A stretch of 64,000 nucleotides of DNA from Candidatus Zhuqueibacterota bacterium (GCA_034521575.1 JAXHMJ010000002.1:1001089-1065088), one strand, 5' to 3'; shown: positions 1 through 11,034, numbered from the stretch's first letter. Notes: generated by a model not told the origin, from the letters alone. Numbers and translations are program-made.

Positions 1-1
1 C

Positions 2-1141
2 ACCTGGAAAGAATATGATGAAGAACATCCGGGATTCCTAAAGCCGATTAAAAACCATTTCACGGTCAGTCCGCGCATCGGTATTTCCTTCCCGATCACC
101 GTGAATTCAAAATTTTACTTTAACTATGGGCATTTCCGCTCCAATCCGCCCTATTACACCATGTATCTGTACCGCTACCGCTATGACAAGAACGGGCTGT
201 ACGACATGTCAAATCCCAATCTGGCACCGCCTCGCACCATCTCTTACGAACTGGGTACGGCCGTGAACATTTACCAGAATCTGGTGGTGCGGTTGTCCGG
301 GTATTCGAAAGATGTAACCGGCAAGCATGGTGAAATCACATACCAGAATGCGGCCGGAAACCTGGATTACGATGCCTGGGCCAACAATGAATATGAGGAC
401 ATTCAGGGATTCGAGATCAATATCGCCAAAAAGGACAACAGCTGGGTAACGGGCTGGGTCAATTTCAATTATATGCTAAAAAAATCCGGTCTCAGCGGCC
501 GTGAACTGATAACCGACGTGACCATCAACAACGACCAGGAAGGGCTGTACAGAGGTCAGGAATCGCGCGCCCTTCCCGTACCGGAACTGAACGCTAACAT
601 CACATTTCGTTCGCCGCGCGACTGGGGTCCGGAGCTGATGGGGCTGCATGTCCTCGGCAGCTGGAATTTGACCCTGTTCGGAGAATGGGAAGCCGGAGAT
701 TATTTTACCTGGAATCCTCTGAACGAACTGCATGTGAGTGACAATATGCGCTGGCCGAGTTATTATATGCTGGATATGAAAGTGACCAAAACATTCAGCA
801 TCGGCGGACTCAATACCACCTTTTACATTGATGCCAGCAATGTACTGAATTTAAAAATGAACATGATGCATCGCGGGTATGCCTTTGAATACGTATCCGG
901 TACGGATATGGAGGAACGTCCGGACTTTTTCCGGTACATGGCCTCTCTGCAGCTGCCGCGTTACGATTCGCCAAAGTATGATCAGCTGCGGGAACGCTAT
1001 CCGGGATATTTTATACCCGGCGATGACAAGGTCGGTGATCTGCGTTCATCGGATCAATCGTATATCAATGATCCCAAAAATACATACTGGTATTATGGCA
1101 GACCCAGAGATATCTGGTTCGGTTTGCGGTTCAGTTTCTAA
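2..1141 (+). CDS. Outer-membrane beta-barrel, probably the C-terminal part of a TonB-dependent/SusC-like receptor. The 5' end lies outside the window.
   Basis: The reading frame is open from the first base of the window. The protein ends ...RPRDIWFGLRFSF with a terminal aromatic residue, typical of OM beta-barrels. It has alternating amphipathic beta-strand segments rich in Y/G/N. A T9SS cargo gene and a PorV-like gene follow immediately. Confidence 0.5.
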   Translation, partial: TWKEYDEEHPGFLKPIKNHFTVSPRIGISFPITVNSKFYFNYGHFRSNPPYYTMYLYRYRYDKNGLYDMSNPNLAPPRTISYELGTAVNIYQNLVVRLSGYSKDVTGKHGEITYQNAAGNLDYDAWANNEYEDIQGFEINIAKKDNSWVTGWVNFNYMLKKSGLSGRELITDVTINNDQEGLYRGQESRALPVPELNANITFRSPRDWGPELMGLHVLGSWNLTLFGEWEAGDYFTWNPLNELHVSDNMRWPSYYMLDMKVTKTFSIGGLNTTFYIDASNVLNLKMNMMHRGYAFEYVSGTDMEERPDFFRYMASLQLPRYDSPKYDQLRERYPGYFIPGDDKVGDLRSSDQSYINDPKNTYWYYGRPRDIWFGLRFSF

Positions 1142-1144
1142 ACT

Positions 1145-3324
1145 ATGGAGTCTTTAATGAATGTTCTAAATTTTTTCAAAAACAAAATATTGTATATGCC
1201 GCTGCTGACGGTGATGGTTGCAGCCCTGATTGCAGGCTCTTCTGCACTGATCGCCCAAACCCAGCCCGAACTTGAAAAGGCACAAATCCGCATGGGACAT
1301 GTTTGGTGCGGTGTTACGGCGAACGGCGGCAAGGGTAATTTCGATTATCGTGCAGGATTTTTTCCGAATGATTATGACATATTGGGGGTCCGTGGCCAAT
1401 ACCGGGAAGCCTGGGCCGGAGGCGGTTTTCAGTTGACCACCACCAACTGGGTGGATCCGCTGGATTCCCTGCATATTGCCGCTATTTACGGTCCGACAAA
1501 TGAATTCAGGCCGATCGGCAAAGTGGTCGAGCCCATGACCAATTTTATCCGTTACACCTATCCGGAAGAGACGGTAGATTTTCAGACGGTTGATCTGGAA
1601 CCGTTTGGCGCTCATGCGCCGGAACAATTCGGCGAGGAAACCTACGATCAGGTCCTTAAAGTGACGACGGAAAACATTCTCGGTGTTGAGGTCAAGCGCA
1701 AGATCATGGCCTGGACGCAGAATTTTCACAATGATTATATTCTGGTGGATGTCACCCTAACCAGTGTCATCGACTCGACACTCTATGATTTTTATATCAA
1801 TATGAAATTAAACGGAGAAAACACATTTCGTTCAAACGGCAACAATCCCAGTCCGGCGGCCGGGGAGCGTTTTGATCCGGCTGTCACCTGGCAGCATTAT
1901 TACGGCGGACGAGTGGGTGATTCACTGCGTGTGTTTTACGAGTACAGCGCCGATGAGCCGGAAGAAACCGGAGATGATATGGGCGCGCCGGCGCCGTCTC
2001 AGGGCGGACGGCTTTTAAATCCCAACTATATCTGGTATTCTATACTGCATGCATCCGAAACACCGTTTTCCGATCCTTCGGAAGACCAGGATGATTTTCT
2101 ACAGCCGCGCGTTACCTATATCGGCAAAGACAATCTGATTCCCTATAATGAACAGGGGGATGAATTCGGCAGTAAAAATTACTGGGCAATTCGGGGCGGC
2201 TATTCTGAATTCTGGCCTATGACCGGCAATACCTGGCCGAACACATTTCACGGCGGCAACAGTGATGAAATGGGCAGTGCGGATTATGCCAGTCATCCCG
2301 GCGGCAGCCATCAGGCCGGCAACTCTAAAATGTGGTCCAGCTTTGGGCCTTACACTCTTGAACCCGGCAAAAGCATCCGCATTGTTTATGCGAGCGGCTA
2401 TACCGGTCTGAGCCTTGAAATGGCCAAACAGGTGGGTGAACAGTGGTTGGAAGAAACCCTAAAAGATCCGCCGGGCATTCCGAATGAACGCAGCGGATAT
2501 TTTCCAGACAATTTTGTATTTCCTCAAGGCGCCACAGAAATGGACAAGATCAAAGACCGCTGGCTCAGCACCGGTATCGATTCAGTTATGAAAAGCGCCA
2601 GTCGGGCCAAATGGAATTTTAAACAAAAGTACCAGGTGCCGCAGGCTCCGCCTCCCCCTTCCATGGTTGAGATCACCGGACTCGGTACCGGCGTTGAAAT
2701 CCGCTGGTCGAATAGCGGGGCTGAGGAGATGGACAATTTTGCCGGACACCGGATTATGCGCCGAATCTCCAATATGGACACCGTGTTTTATCAGGAAATT
2801 TACAGAACAAGTCCTGATGATAAAGCTGATGAACATCTTTATGTGGACAAGGATGTGCTGATCGGCGCCCAGTACTATTACTATATTCAGGCCATAGCGC
2901 GTATTCCGGAGAATGATTTAAAGGCACATCCCACCAGCCGCGGCAAACTCATTTACAGCAGCCGGGTACTGGAGCCCAATATTTACTGGATCAATCCTCC
3001 GCATTTTTCACAACAGGACCTGAACAAAATCCGAATCGTGCCGAACCCATACAATATCAATGATCCTCTGCTGGTGGAACAGGGATTCACAGATCAGCGT
3101 GCGATTCAGTTTTTCAACCTGCCTCCAGGATCACCATCAAGATCTTTACAGAACACGGTGACCTGGTCCAGACGATTGAACACGACAGTCCGGTGAATTC
3201 CGGACACGTGAACTGGGATATGATCACAAAAAATCAGCAAATCATCAACAGCGGCGTATACATCGCTGTTTTTGAAAAACCCGACGGCTCTGTCTCTTAT
3301 CAAAAATTTGTGGTCGTCCGCTAA
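1145..3324 (+). CDS. Secreted protein with a T9SS C-terminal sorting domain (Por_Secre_tail) and an FN3-like domain. Function is unknown and it may be a polysaccharide-active enzyme. The gene is interrupted by a -1 frameshift near 3128-3131.
   Basis: The 683-aa ORF 1145..3196 has an N-terminal signal-like segment MPLLTVMVAALIAGSSALIAQT, with alternative starts at 1163 and 1196. Its end, ...IVPNPYNINDPLLVEQGFTDQRAIQFFNLP, is the first half of a T9SS C-terminal domain. The rest, ITIKIFTEHGDLVQTIEHDSPVNSGHVNWDMITKNQQIINSGVYIAVFEKPDGSVSYQKFVVVR*, is encoded in the -1 frame at 3130..3324. An FN3-like segment (EITGLGTGVEIRW...YYYYIQAIA) precedes the C-terminal domain. Confidence 0.6.
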
Positions 3325-3344
3325 GAAACAAGGAGAATGTTCTC

Positions 3345-4367
3345 ATGAAATTCTGTAAACACTTATTCATGATATTGATCGTTGCCATGACCGCGGTTCC
3401 GGCCGCGCGGGCGCAGGTCGGTTTGACCAAAGTCGCCCAGAGCACCATGAATTTTCTATTGGTGAATGTTTCCCCGAAAGCGGCCGCCATGGGAGAAACG
3501 TTCACAGCCGTGGGGGAAGGCGCTGAAAGTATATTTTTCAATCCGGCGGGCGCCGCTGAACTGAGTAACAACAGTGCGTTTGATGTGAAAATGTACATGA
3601 CCCAATGGATCGCTGATATCCAGTATATGGCCGGCGCTGTGGTGTGGAACGGCCGACATCTGGGAACCATCGGACTCTCTGCGCTTTGGGTGGATTACGG
3701 CACAATCTACGGCACCAGTTTATTGAGCGGCGGTGAACAGGCCCAGTATCCCCTGGGGTACAAGGATAACGGCACACTGAGCAATGTCGGTTCCTATGCC
3801 CTTGGGCTCACCTACGGCTATGCGGTCAGCGACCGGTTTCTGATCGGCGGTAATTTAAAGTACGTCGGACAAAATCTCGGTGAAAACATGATGGGCGGCA
3901 GCATCGTGCAGAACGATGCCCAAAAACTGGTGGTGGATGCCGGGGTGAAATATTACACCGGTTTCAAGAGCTTTCGGTTCGGAATGGCGATCCGTAATTT
4001 TTCCTCGAATCTGAAACGTGAAGAAATATCTGAACCGCTCCCCCTGCTGTTCACCATGGGGCTGGCCATGGATATTCTCGACTTTTTTCCCATGGACAAT
4101 CCGGACGCCAATTCCCTGACTCTGGCTCTGGACTTTTTACATCCGAACAACTATACCGAACGGATTAACTTTGGTATAGACTATACACTGTGGAATGCCC
4201 TGTCGCTGCGGGCCGGATACCAGACCAATCAGGACGTGGCGAACTGGTCAACCGGGCTGGGTATCCGAACTGCAGTCGGGAAGAATGATATAGACTTTGC
4301 ATATTCGTATTCAAATTTTGATGTCTTTAACAGCGTAAACCGTTTTTCAATGGGTATCAGATTTTAG
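3345..4367 (+). CDS. PorV/PorQ-family (FadL-like) outer-membrane beta-barrel, a T9SS-associated shuttle-type protein.
   Basis: Strong RBS AAGGAGAA upstream. Signal peptide MKFCKHLFMILIVAMTAVPAARA. The N-terminal motif ...VNVSPKAAAMGETFTAVGEGAESIFFNPAGAA matches the PorV/UPF0164 signature (P.AR..aMG..g.A..d...i.wNPAg.a). The C-terminal strand ends in F, as in beta-barrels. The gene sits between two T9SS cargo genes. Confidence 0.55.
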   Translation: MKFCKHLFMILIVAMTAVPAARAQVGLTKVAQSTMNFLLVNVSPKAAAMGETFTAVGEGAESIFFNPAGAAELSNNSAFDVKMYMTQWIADIQYMAGAVVWNGRHLGTIGLSALWVDYGTIYGTSLLSGGEQAQYPLGYKDNGTLSNVGSYALGLTYGYAVSDRFLIGGNLKYVGQNLGENMMGGSIVQNDAQKLVVDAGVKYYTGFKSFRFGMAIRNFSSNLKREEISEPLPLLFTMGLAMDILDFFPMDNPDANSLTLALDFLHPNNYTERINFGIDYTLWNALSLRAGYQTNQDVANWSTGLGIRTAVGKNDIDFAYSYSNFDVFNSVNRFSMGIRF

Positions 4368-4451
4368 GATCGTTCACATAACAAGAGTGAACTGTGGGAA
4401 GGCGAAAAAAACTCTTATAAATGTGAACACTTAACCAAACAAGGAGGAAAC

Positions 4452-7400
4452 ATGAAGAGAGGATGGATAGTAACCCTTGGTGTGATATGCGCGTTGTTTG
4501 CTGTCACACAGCTGAATGCACAGTGGCTGATCTATGATGCCAGTGTGCTTCCGGCTGAAACCGGGACCGGAGAGTACACACTGGATCTCACCAGTGTCAG
4601 TGATAATTCACCGGGCGAAAATTTTGTCGAGGAAATTATTGCTGATCCGGATATTCCCGGTAATCAATTACTCAAGTACCTGCATCCGGACGGCAAAACT
4701 ATGTACCGGTATTACTTTGATGATGCTTACAGCGACTCGGCGTTTACACTTATGGCTCGGGTAAAGGCTGAACGCGATGAAGCCTTTGACCGGGCATTTG
4801 ATCTGCAATGGAGAAACGCCAATGCCGGCAGCCGGGACGAACTGCGCATCTGGCCGGCGGACAGTACTCTCGAACTGGAAAAAGCCGATGTTGAGATCAA
4901 AGTCGATATGGACCTTTACGGATGGCACACCTACCGTATTGCAGTCGATGGCGATAAAGCCACTGTTTACATTGATGAAAATCCGGTTGCTGTGGTCAGC
5001 GGTGTCTCCGGTTCGTCCAGCGGTGATCAGTACATCAAAATCGGCGACGGCTCCGGTGATGCCATAGGCGGATACCTGGACTGGTGCATTCTCGACCCTT
5101 CCGGTGCTTATGCTCCGGGCGAAGGCAATGCCCTGCCTGAAGATCTGTATGTCGAAGGCGCTCAGGAAGAGGTTTCTCCCTGGCTGGTTTATGATGCCAG
5201 TATACTGCCCTCTGAAACACCGACAGCCGAAAATACTCTGGACCTCACCAGCGTCAGTGACAACTCACCAGGAGCAGGATTTGTACAGGAAATCATCGAT
5301 GATCCGGATCTGGCCGGTAACAAACTGCTAAAGTACCTGCATCCGGACGGCAAAACCATGTACCGGTATTACTTTGATGATGCCTATGCAGATAGTGCGT
5401 TCACCCTCATGGCACGCGTCAAAGGCGAACGCGACGCAGCCTATGACCGCGCGTTTGATTTGCAATGGCGCAATGGAAATGCCGGCACGCGCGATGAACT
5501 GCGGATCAGCCCGGAAGACAGCACTCTGGAACTGGAAAAAGCTGATGTTGAGGTCAAGGTCGATATGGACCTGTACGAATGGCATACCTACCGTATCGCG
5601 GTCAACGGTGATGAGGCGACTGTTTACATTGACGAGTACCCGGTCGCCGAGATCAGCGGCGTGTCCGGTTCGTCCAGCGGCGATCAGTACATCAAGATCG
5701 GCGACGGATACCGGCGATGCCATCGGCGGTTATCTGGACTGGTGTATTCTGGATCGTTCCGGCGCTTATGCGCCCGGTGAAGGTTCGGCTCTGCCCGAAC
5801 ATTTAATTGTAGACGGCGGCAACCAGGACGTCCCGCACTGGCTGATCTACGAAGGCAGCGTGTTGCCCGAGAATACCGGCGGTGGCGGTGATACGCTGGA
5901 CATCACCAGTGTCAGCGACAACTCGCCGGGCGCGGATATGGTGCAGGAAATCATTGACGATCCGGACATTGAAGGCAACAAACTGTTAAAGTACCTGCAG
6001 CCCGACGGCAAAACCATGTTCCGGCATTATTTTGATCGAATCTTATGAGGATTCAACATTCACACTGATGATCCGGGTTAAAGGCGAAAACAATCCGGAA
6101 ACCTATGACCGATCCATAGATATTCAATGGCGCAACGGCAATGCCGGTACACGCGATGAACTGCGCATTTTCCCGGCGGACAGTGTACTGGAACTGGAAA
6201 AAGCGGAAACTGAAATCAAACTGCCGGTGGATTTTTACGAATGGCATACATTCAGAATTGTGGTCAACGGTGATGTAGCGACGGTTTATCTGGATGAAGC
6301 TCAGGAACCTGTACTCAGCGGCACTTCCGGGTTCATCGACAGACGCCAAGTACATCAAATTCGGCAACGGCTCCGGCGATGCCATCGGCGGTTATGTCGA
6401 TTGGTGCATTCTGGACACTTACGGGGCCAATGTGCCGGGTGACGGTTTGCCGCTTCCGGGTTATCTTGAGGTTGATCTGGCCGCTCCGCCTGACATTCCC
6501 CACTGGCTGGTTTATGACGCCGGCGTCCTGCCGGGAGAAACCACAGCCGGCGGCGACACACTTGACCTCTCCGATTTCAGTCAGGATTCGCCGGGCGCCA
6601 CATTTGTCGAAGACATTGTGGATGACAATGATATTGAAAACAACAAACTGCTGAAATATCTGCAACCCGACGGTGAACGCATGTACCGCCACTATTTCAA
6701 GGAAGAATTTAAAGATTCCCTGTTCACATTAATGGCGCGCGTGCGCGGTATTGATTCTCCCGCCTATGACCGGGTCTTTGATCTGCAATGGCGCAACGGC
6801 AATGCCAATTCCCGCGATGAACTGCGCATCTGGCCGGAAGACAGCACTCTGGAACTGGAAAAAGCAGGTGTGGAAGTCAAGGTGGACTTGAATCTTTATA
6901 ATTGGCACACCTATCGCATTGTTGTAATTGGTGATTCTGTCGCCGTTTATATCGATGAACGTTCGACTCCATACATCACCGGCGTGTCTACCTCGACCAG
7001 CGACGATAATTACATCAAAATCGGCGACGGGTCCGGTGAAGCCATTGGTGGTTATCTGGATTGGTGCATTCTGAATCTCTATGGAGCAGCAGATCCGGGT
7101 GAAGGTCTGGCTGTTCCCGAAGACCTGTATGTGGATCCCTATATTGCTCCAATTGCTCCCGGCTGGAAAGTGTATGACGCCAATATCCTGCCGCAAATGA
7201 CGGGAAGCGGCGGCGATTCTCTGGATCTCACCAGTATGAGCCAGGATAATCCGGGTCCTGATTTTGTCGAAGAGATCATGGACGATCCGGATGTTCCCGG
7301 CAACAAGATCCTGAAATATCTGCAGCCGAATGGGGAACGTATGTACCGTTATTATTTCCCGGAAGGCTATAGCAAAAAAGCCTATACCATGATGGCGCGG

Positions 7401-8099
7401 ATCAAGGGCGAAAATGATCCGGCTTATGACCGTGTATTCGACCTGCAGTGGCGCAACGCCAACATCGGCAGCCGTGATGAACTGCGTATCTGGGGCGAAA
7501 CCGGTGAATTTGAACTGATAAAATCGGATACCGTTGTAAGCAGCGGTCTGGATATGTATCAATGGCATACTATACGAATTGCCGTTTCCGGAGATACATC
7601 CTGGATCTATGTAGACGAAAATCCAGTGCCGGTTACTATGGGCCTTTCAGGCGAGTCAACCAGTGACAATTACATTAAAATCGGTGACGGCTCAGGTGAA
7701 GCCATCGGCGGTTATCTGGACTGGTGTATCCTTGATCTCTCCGACGCCTATGCGCCGGGTGAAGGTGAACCCTTTCCTGAAGGATTGATCGTGGACGGAT
7801 ATGACACCGGTGTAGCGGAAGAAGCAACGGTACCGGATCAATATGCGCTGGGACAGAATTATCCAAATCCGTTCAATCCCACGACGACGATCGAATTTCA
7901 GCTGCCTCAGGATGATCATGTAACCGTGACCATTTTCAACGCAGTCGGACAGACCGTGACAGTACTGACGGATAAATCCTACAAGAGCGGTGTCCACAAA
8001 TTGACATTTGACGCTGCCCGGTATTCATCCGGACTGTATTTTTACAAAATCAAAACCAACTCGTTCAGCAAAGTCAGAAAAATGATGCTGCTGAAATAA
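4452..8099 (+). CDS. T9SS cargo protein built from five tandem LamG/concanavalin-A-like repeats of about 219 aa each. It is read through three +1 frameshifts at about 5711, 6039 and 6337.
   Basis: RBS AAGGAGGA is followed by ATG 4452 and the signal peptide MKRGWIVTLGVICALFAVTQLNA. Five repeats each contain W(L/K)(I/V)YDA..LP...DLTS.SD.SPG..FV.EI.DD.D..GN.LLKYL.PDG..MYR.YF...DLQWRN.N.G.RDELRI....LELEKA...WHTYRI.V.GD.A.VYIDE...YIKIGDGSGDAIGGYLDWCIL. The WHTYRIAV.GD.ATVYIDE motif matches the LamG jelly-roll fold. The C-terminus NYPNPFNPTTTIEFQLP...GLYFYKIKTNSFSKVRKMMLLK is a T9SS C-terminal domain. The ORF track splits the gene into 4452..5780, 5374..6048, 6032..6442 and 6294..8099. Each junction is a 1-nt insertion that I mapped by aligning the repeats. 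Confidence 0.6.
4525..7800 (+). repeat. Five tandem direct repeats of about 657 bp that encode the LamG-like modules. Repeat units begin near 4525, 5183, 5838, 6500 and 7160.
   Basis: Protein-level periodicity is about 219 aa. Neighbouring DNA units are about 70-80% identical by eye, for example the DLQWRN...YIKIGDGSGDAIGG blocks. Confidence 0.7.
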
Positions 8100-8106
8100 T
8101 TTCACC

Positions 8107-8153
8107 TCCCCGCAATGCCAGGTCGGTTTCATGCCGGCCTGGCATGATCCGGG
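8107..8153 (+). terminator. Imperfect GC-rich hairpin downstream of the LamG cargo gene. It has no clear U-tract.
   Basis: ccccgcaATGCCAGGtcggtttcatgccggCCTGGCATgatccgggg. It has an 8-bp perfect inner stem and lies between the stop at 8099 and the next gene start at 8208. Confidence 0.25.
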
Positions 8154-8207
8154 GAAGGCAAACAATCAGGAGATATTATCCAGATATTTAAAACGGCGGA
8201 ACCAGCG

Positions 8208-9395
8208 ATGAAGACGAGACAAAAATTATATCCGATAATGATACTGCTCTTGGCCTGTATATCTGCAGGCATGTATTGTACACCCGAGAAAAAACAATCC
8301 CCGTCCCGGGGTCTGCAATGGGGGATCCGCATGGCGGAATCCGTGATTGTCAGGCATCCGGACAATTATTACAAGTGGGATTATGTGACAGGCACGGTTT
8401 TGCGCGGCTTTGAAGAACTCTGGCTGTTGACCGGCGAACGAAAATATTACGAGTATATCAAAAAAAGTGTTGATTTTTCGGTTAATGAGGATGGTTCAAT
8501 TAACGACTATGATCTCAATGATTACAATATCGATGAAATCAATGAAGGCCGCATGCTTTTATTTCTGTACAAAGAAACCGGCGATGAAAAATACAAAAAA
8601 GCTGCAGATCTATTATATCAACAACTGATCGAGCAGCCGCGTACATCCGGGGGCGGATTCTGGCATAAACAAAGATATCCGTTCCAGATGTGGCTGGACG
8701 GTTTGTATATGGGCGCGCCGTTCTATGCGGAATACGGAAAACTGTTCAACAACCCTGAAATATACGACGATGTTGTGCTGCAGTTTGAATTATCAGAAAC
8801 CCATACACGCAATGCCTGGTCCGGTCTGTTATACCATGGCTGGGATGAAAAAAAGACCCAGGACTGGGCGGATTCTAAAACCGGCCAATCATCAGAATTC
8901 TGGGCGCGTGGCATGGGCTGGTATGCCATGGCGCTGGTCGATGTCATTGAAATCATGCCCAAAGAATACCAGCAGCGTAAAGAACTGATGGATATTTTGG
9001 CCCGGCTGGCCAAAGCCATAAAAAAAACCCAGGACAAAGACAGTGGTGTCTGGTGGCAGATCATGAACAAACCGGAGCAAGCCGGGAATTATCTTGAAGC
9101 TTCGGCGTCCTGTATGTTCACCTATGCCCTGGCCAAAGGTGTGAGAAAAGGATATCTGGACGAATCGTATCATCGGATAGCGGACCGGGGCTATAAAGGA
9201 ATAATCGATCAGTTTGTCAGTGAAAATTCTGACGGAACCCTAAATTTGAATCAAATCTGCCGTTCAGCCGGATTGGGATACGGCAGGGATGGATCTTATT
9301 CATATTATATCAATGAGGATATAGTCAGCAATGACGGCAAAGGTGTCGGCCCGTTCATTACGGCAAGTGTTGAAATTCACAAGCTGAATAACTGA
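8208..9395 (+). CDS. Glycoside hydrolase of the GH88/GH105 family (unsaturated glucuronyl/rhamnogalacturonyl hydrolase, YteR/UGL-like).
   Basis: The 395-aa protein has a lipoprotein-like signal peptide (LLLACISAG). Conserved blocks include WDYVTGTVLRG, MWLDGLYMGAPF, GLLYHGWDE, WARGMGWYAMALVDV and GYGRDGSYSY, as expected for Glyco_hydro_88. Confidence 0.8.
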   Translation: MKTRQKLYPIMILLLACISAGMYCTPEKKQSPSRGLQWGIRMAESVIVRHPDNYYKWDYVTGTVLRGFEELWLLTGERKYYEYIKKSVDFSVNEDGSINDYDLNDYNIDEINEGRMLLFLYKETGDEKYKKAADLLYQQLIEQPRTSGGGFWHKQRYPFQMWLDGLYMGAPFYAEYGKLFNNPEIYDDVVLQFELSETHTRNAWSGLLYHGWDEKKTQDWADSKTGQSSEFWARGMGWYAMALVDVIEIMPKEYQQRKELMDILARLAKAIKKTQDKDSGVWWQIMNKPEQAGNYLEASASCMFTYALAKGVRKGYLDESYHRIADRGYKGIIDQFVSENSDGTLNLNQICRSAGLGYGRDGSYSYYINEDIVSNDGKGVGPFITASVEIHKLNN

Positions 9396-9678
9396 ACTGG
9401 TTTACCTTGCTAAAAATAAAAACAGATATTCATCCCCCCGACCTTGGTTAGCCGGATGCGTCGTTTTTGTATGATACGGTTCATCAGTGAATCAGCGCAT
9501 CCAGCTTTCCTGATTTTTCATTTATTACCTATTATGTGCTATGATACGACAGCAGTCTGCAAAACATCATGGAATCCGGAATGGGGTTCGGATCAACCAC
9601 AGCCTTTTCAGATTTAAGCTCGGGCGCGCAATATCGGCGGTATCACCCATATCAGCATACCAGTGACCAGCCTGCCGT

Positions 9679-11034
9679 TCAGCTTGCGGTGTTCCGCTTC
9701 AGAAATGCCCTAACCAGAATATAGGCCAGAATACCGGTCAAAATATTTGCCGTGAACGCTGCCCAGAATATCCCTTTGATATCCCAAAACCAGGCAGCGA
9801 GAACAGACGTAGGCACATAAAGTCCGACCATGCGCAATGCGGTCAGGCCTGTGGCCGGAAGTGGTTTGTTGACGCCGTTAAAGACAGAAATTCCGAGAAC
9901 CAGAAAGCCGATAAACATATAGCTGAAGGAGACAATCCCCAGGTATTGGGCGGTAATATCAACAACCTGCATATCGTCGCTGAACACACCGGCGATTTCG
10001 TGCGAGAATACCTGAGCAACTATAAACAGGATCAATCCCCACCCCACGGAAAACAGGGCGCCGATCCGGTACCCCTGCAGAATGCGTTCTTTTTGTCCCG
10101 CCCCCCAATTTTGTCCGACAAAAATGATCATCACCGAGCCCAGCGCATGGATAAACAGCATGGCAAACATTTCGAGGCGAGTAACCACACCGAATGCAGC
10201 AACGGCGGGTTCGCCGTAACGGGAAATAATGCGCGTAATAATGCCGATGGACAGCGGTGTAATCAAGATGCTGATCGCGGCAGGGCCGGCTATGTACAGA
10301 ACCTTTCCCCAAATTCGAAAGATATCGCGTCGGGTTGGAAGATTTTTAGTGAGTAATTGATCACGTTTTATCAGAATGTACAATGTCAACACCATACCCA
10401 TTGCGCGTCCGAATACCGTTGCCAATGCCGCACCTTTCAGCGACAGTACCGGAAACGGTCCCAGGCCGAAAATCAAAAACGGATCAAGCACAATATTCAC
10501 ACTCGCTGATAGAAGCATGATCATACCCGGCGTAAATGTATCTCCGGTGGCCCTGATGATATTGTTGCCCATCATGGGAATAATGACAAATATCATTCCC
10601 CAGTACCAGATACTCATATAATCATGGATTAATTCGAGCATCTCACCTTCTGCCCCGAGAACTGAGAACAGCGGACGGATGGTTAATTGTCCGGCTGCAA
10701 TGAATACCAAAATGATCATAATTCCGAGGAACAGCGCTGAGGTGGCATAACGTCGGACAGTGAGATGATCAGCCCCGCCGATACTGCGCGAAATCAGGGA
10801 TGCCGTGCCAATACCCATTCCCAGTGAAATACTGGTGACCAGCATAACCACCGGAAAAGAAAATCCCAGCGCAGCGAGTTCATTCACACCCACTTGCCCG
10901 ATGAAATAAGTATCCGCCAGATTAAACACCACCATGCCCAGCATACCGAAAAGCATGGGCCAGACCATGTGCACCAGACTGGATGCAATATTGCCCTCGG
11001 TTAATGTTATGTTTCTGCGTCTCATTGGTGTCAT
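9679..11034 (-). CDS. MATE family multidrug efflux transporter.
   Basis: The 451-aa protein has 12 predicted TM helices. The MATE N-terminal signature is ...SSLVHMVWPMLFGMLGMVVFNLADTYFIGQVG. There is an internal repeat with GPAAISILITPLS. Confidence 0.85.
   Translation of the reverse strand: MTPMRRRNITLTEGNIASSLVHMVWPMLFGMLGMVVFNLADTYFIGQVGVNELAALGFSFPVVMLVTSISLGMGIGTASLISRSIGGADHLTVRRYATSALFLGIMIILVFIAAGQLTIRPLFSVLGAEGEMLELIHDYMSIWYWGMIFVIIPMMGNNIIRATGDTFTPGMIMLLSASVNIVLDPFLIFGLGPFPVLSLKGAALATVFGRAMGMVLTLYILIKRDQLLTKNLPTRRDIFRIWGKVLYIAGPAAISILITPLSIGIITRIISRYGEPAVAAFGVVTRLEMFAMLFIHALGSVMIIFVGQNWGAGQKERILQGYRIGALFSVGWGLILFIVAQVFSHEIAGVFSDDMQVVDITAQYLGIVSFSYMFIGFLVLGISVFNGVNKPLPATGLTALRMVGLYVPTSVLAAWFWDIKGIFWAAFTANILTGILAYILVRAFLKRNTAS

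Noticed and set aside
1166-1729. A 187-aa minus-strand ORF, plus similar antisense ORFs elsewhere (476..733, 2524..2836, 3245..3670, 23641..24126, 28450..28921, 39646..40242, 46782..47492, 47728..48276, 50845..51240)
   Set aside because: All lie fully inside and antisense to longer ORFs with clear homology (TonB-type barrel, T9SS cargo, PorV-like, MBL hydrolase, histidine kinase, DUF2723, DUF4139, valS, GEVED protein). None has an independent start context.
6729-7568. A 279-aa ORF on the minus strand
   Set aside because: It is entirely antisense to the LamG repeat gene. Its length comes from the repeated sequence, not from coding. The sense strand carries clear domain homology and a T9SS C-terminal domain.
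4525-7800. A CRISPR array or other non-coding tandem repeat
   Set aside because: The repeat unit is about 657 bp and protein-coding (LamG modules). There are no short direct repeats separated by unique spacers and no cas genes in the window.
4452-8099. Programmed ribosomal frameshifting as the explanation for the three +1 shifts in the LamG repeat gene
   Set aside because: None of the three sites is a known slippery motif. Each corresponds to a simple 1-nt insertion relative to the other repeat copies. Comparable indels disrupt unrelated genes across the window, including valS.
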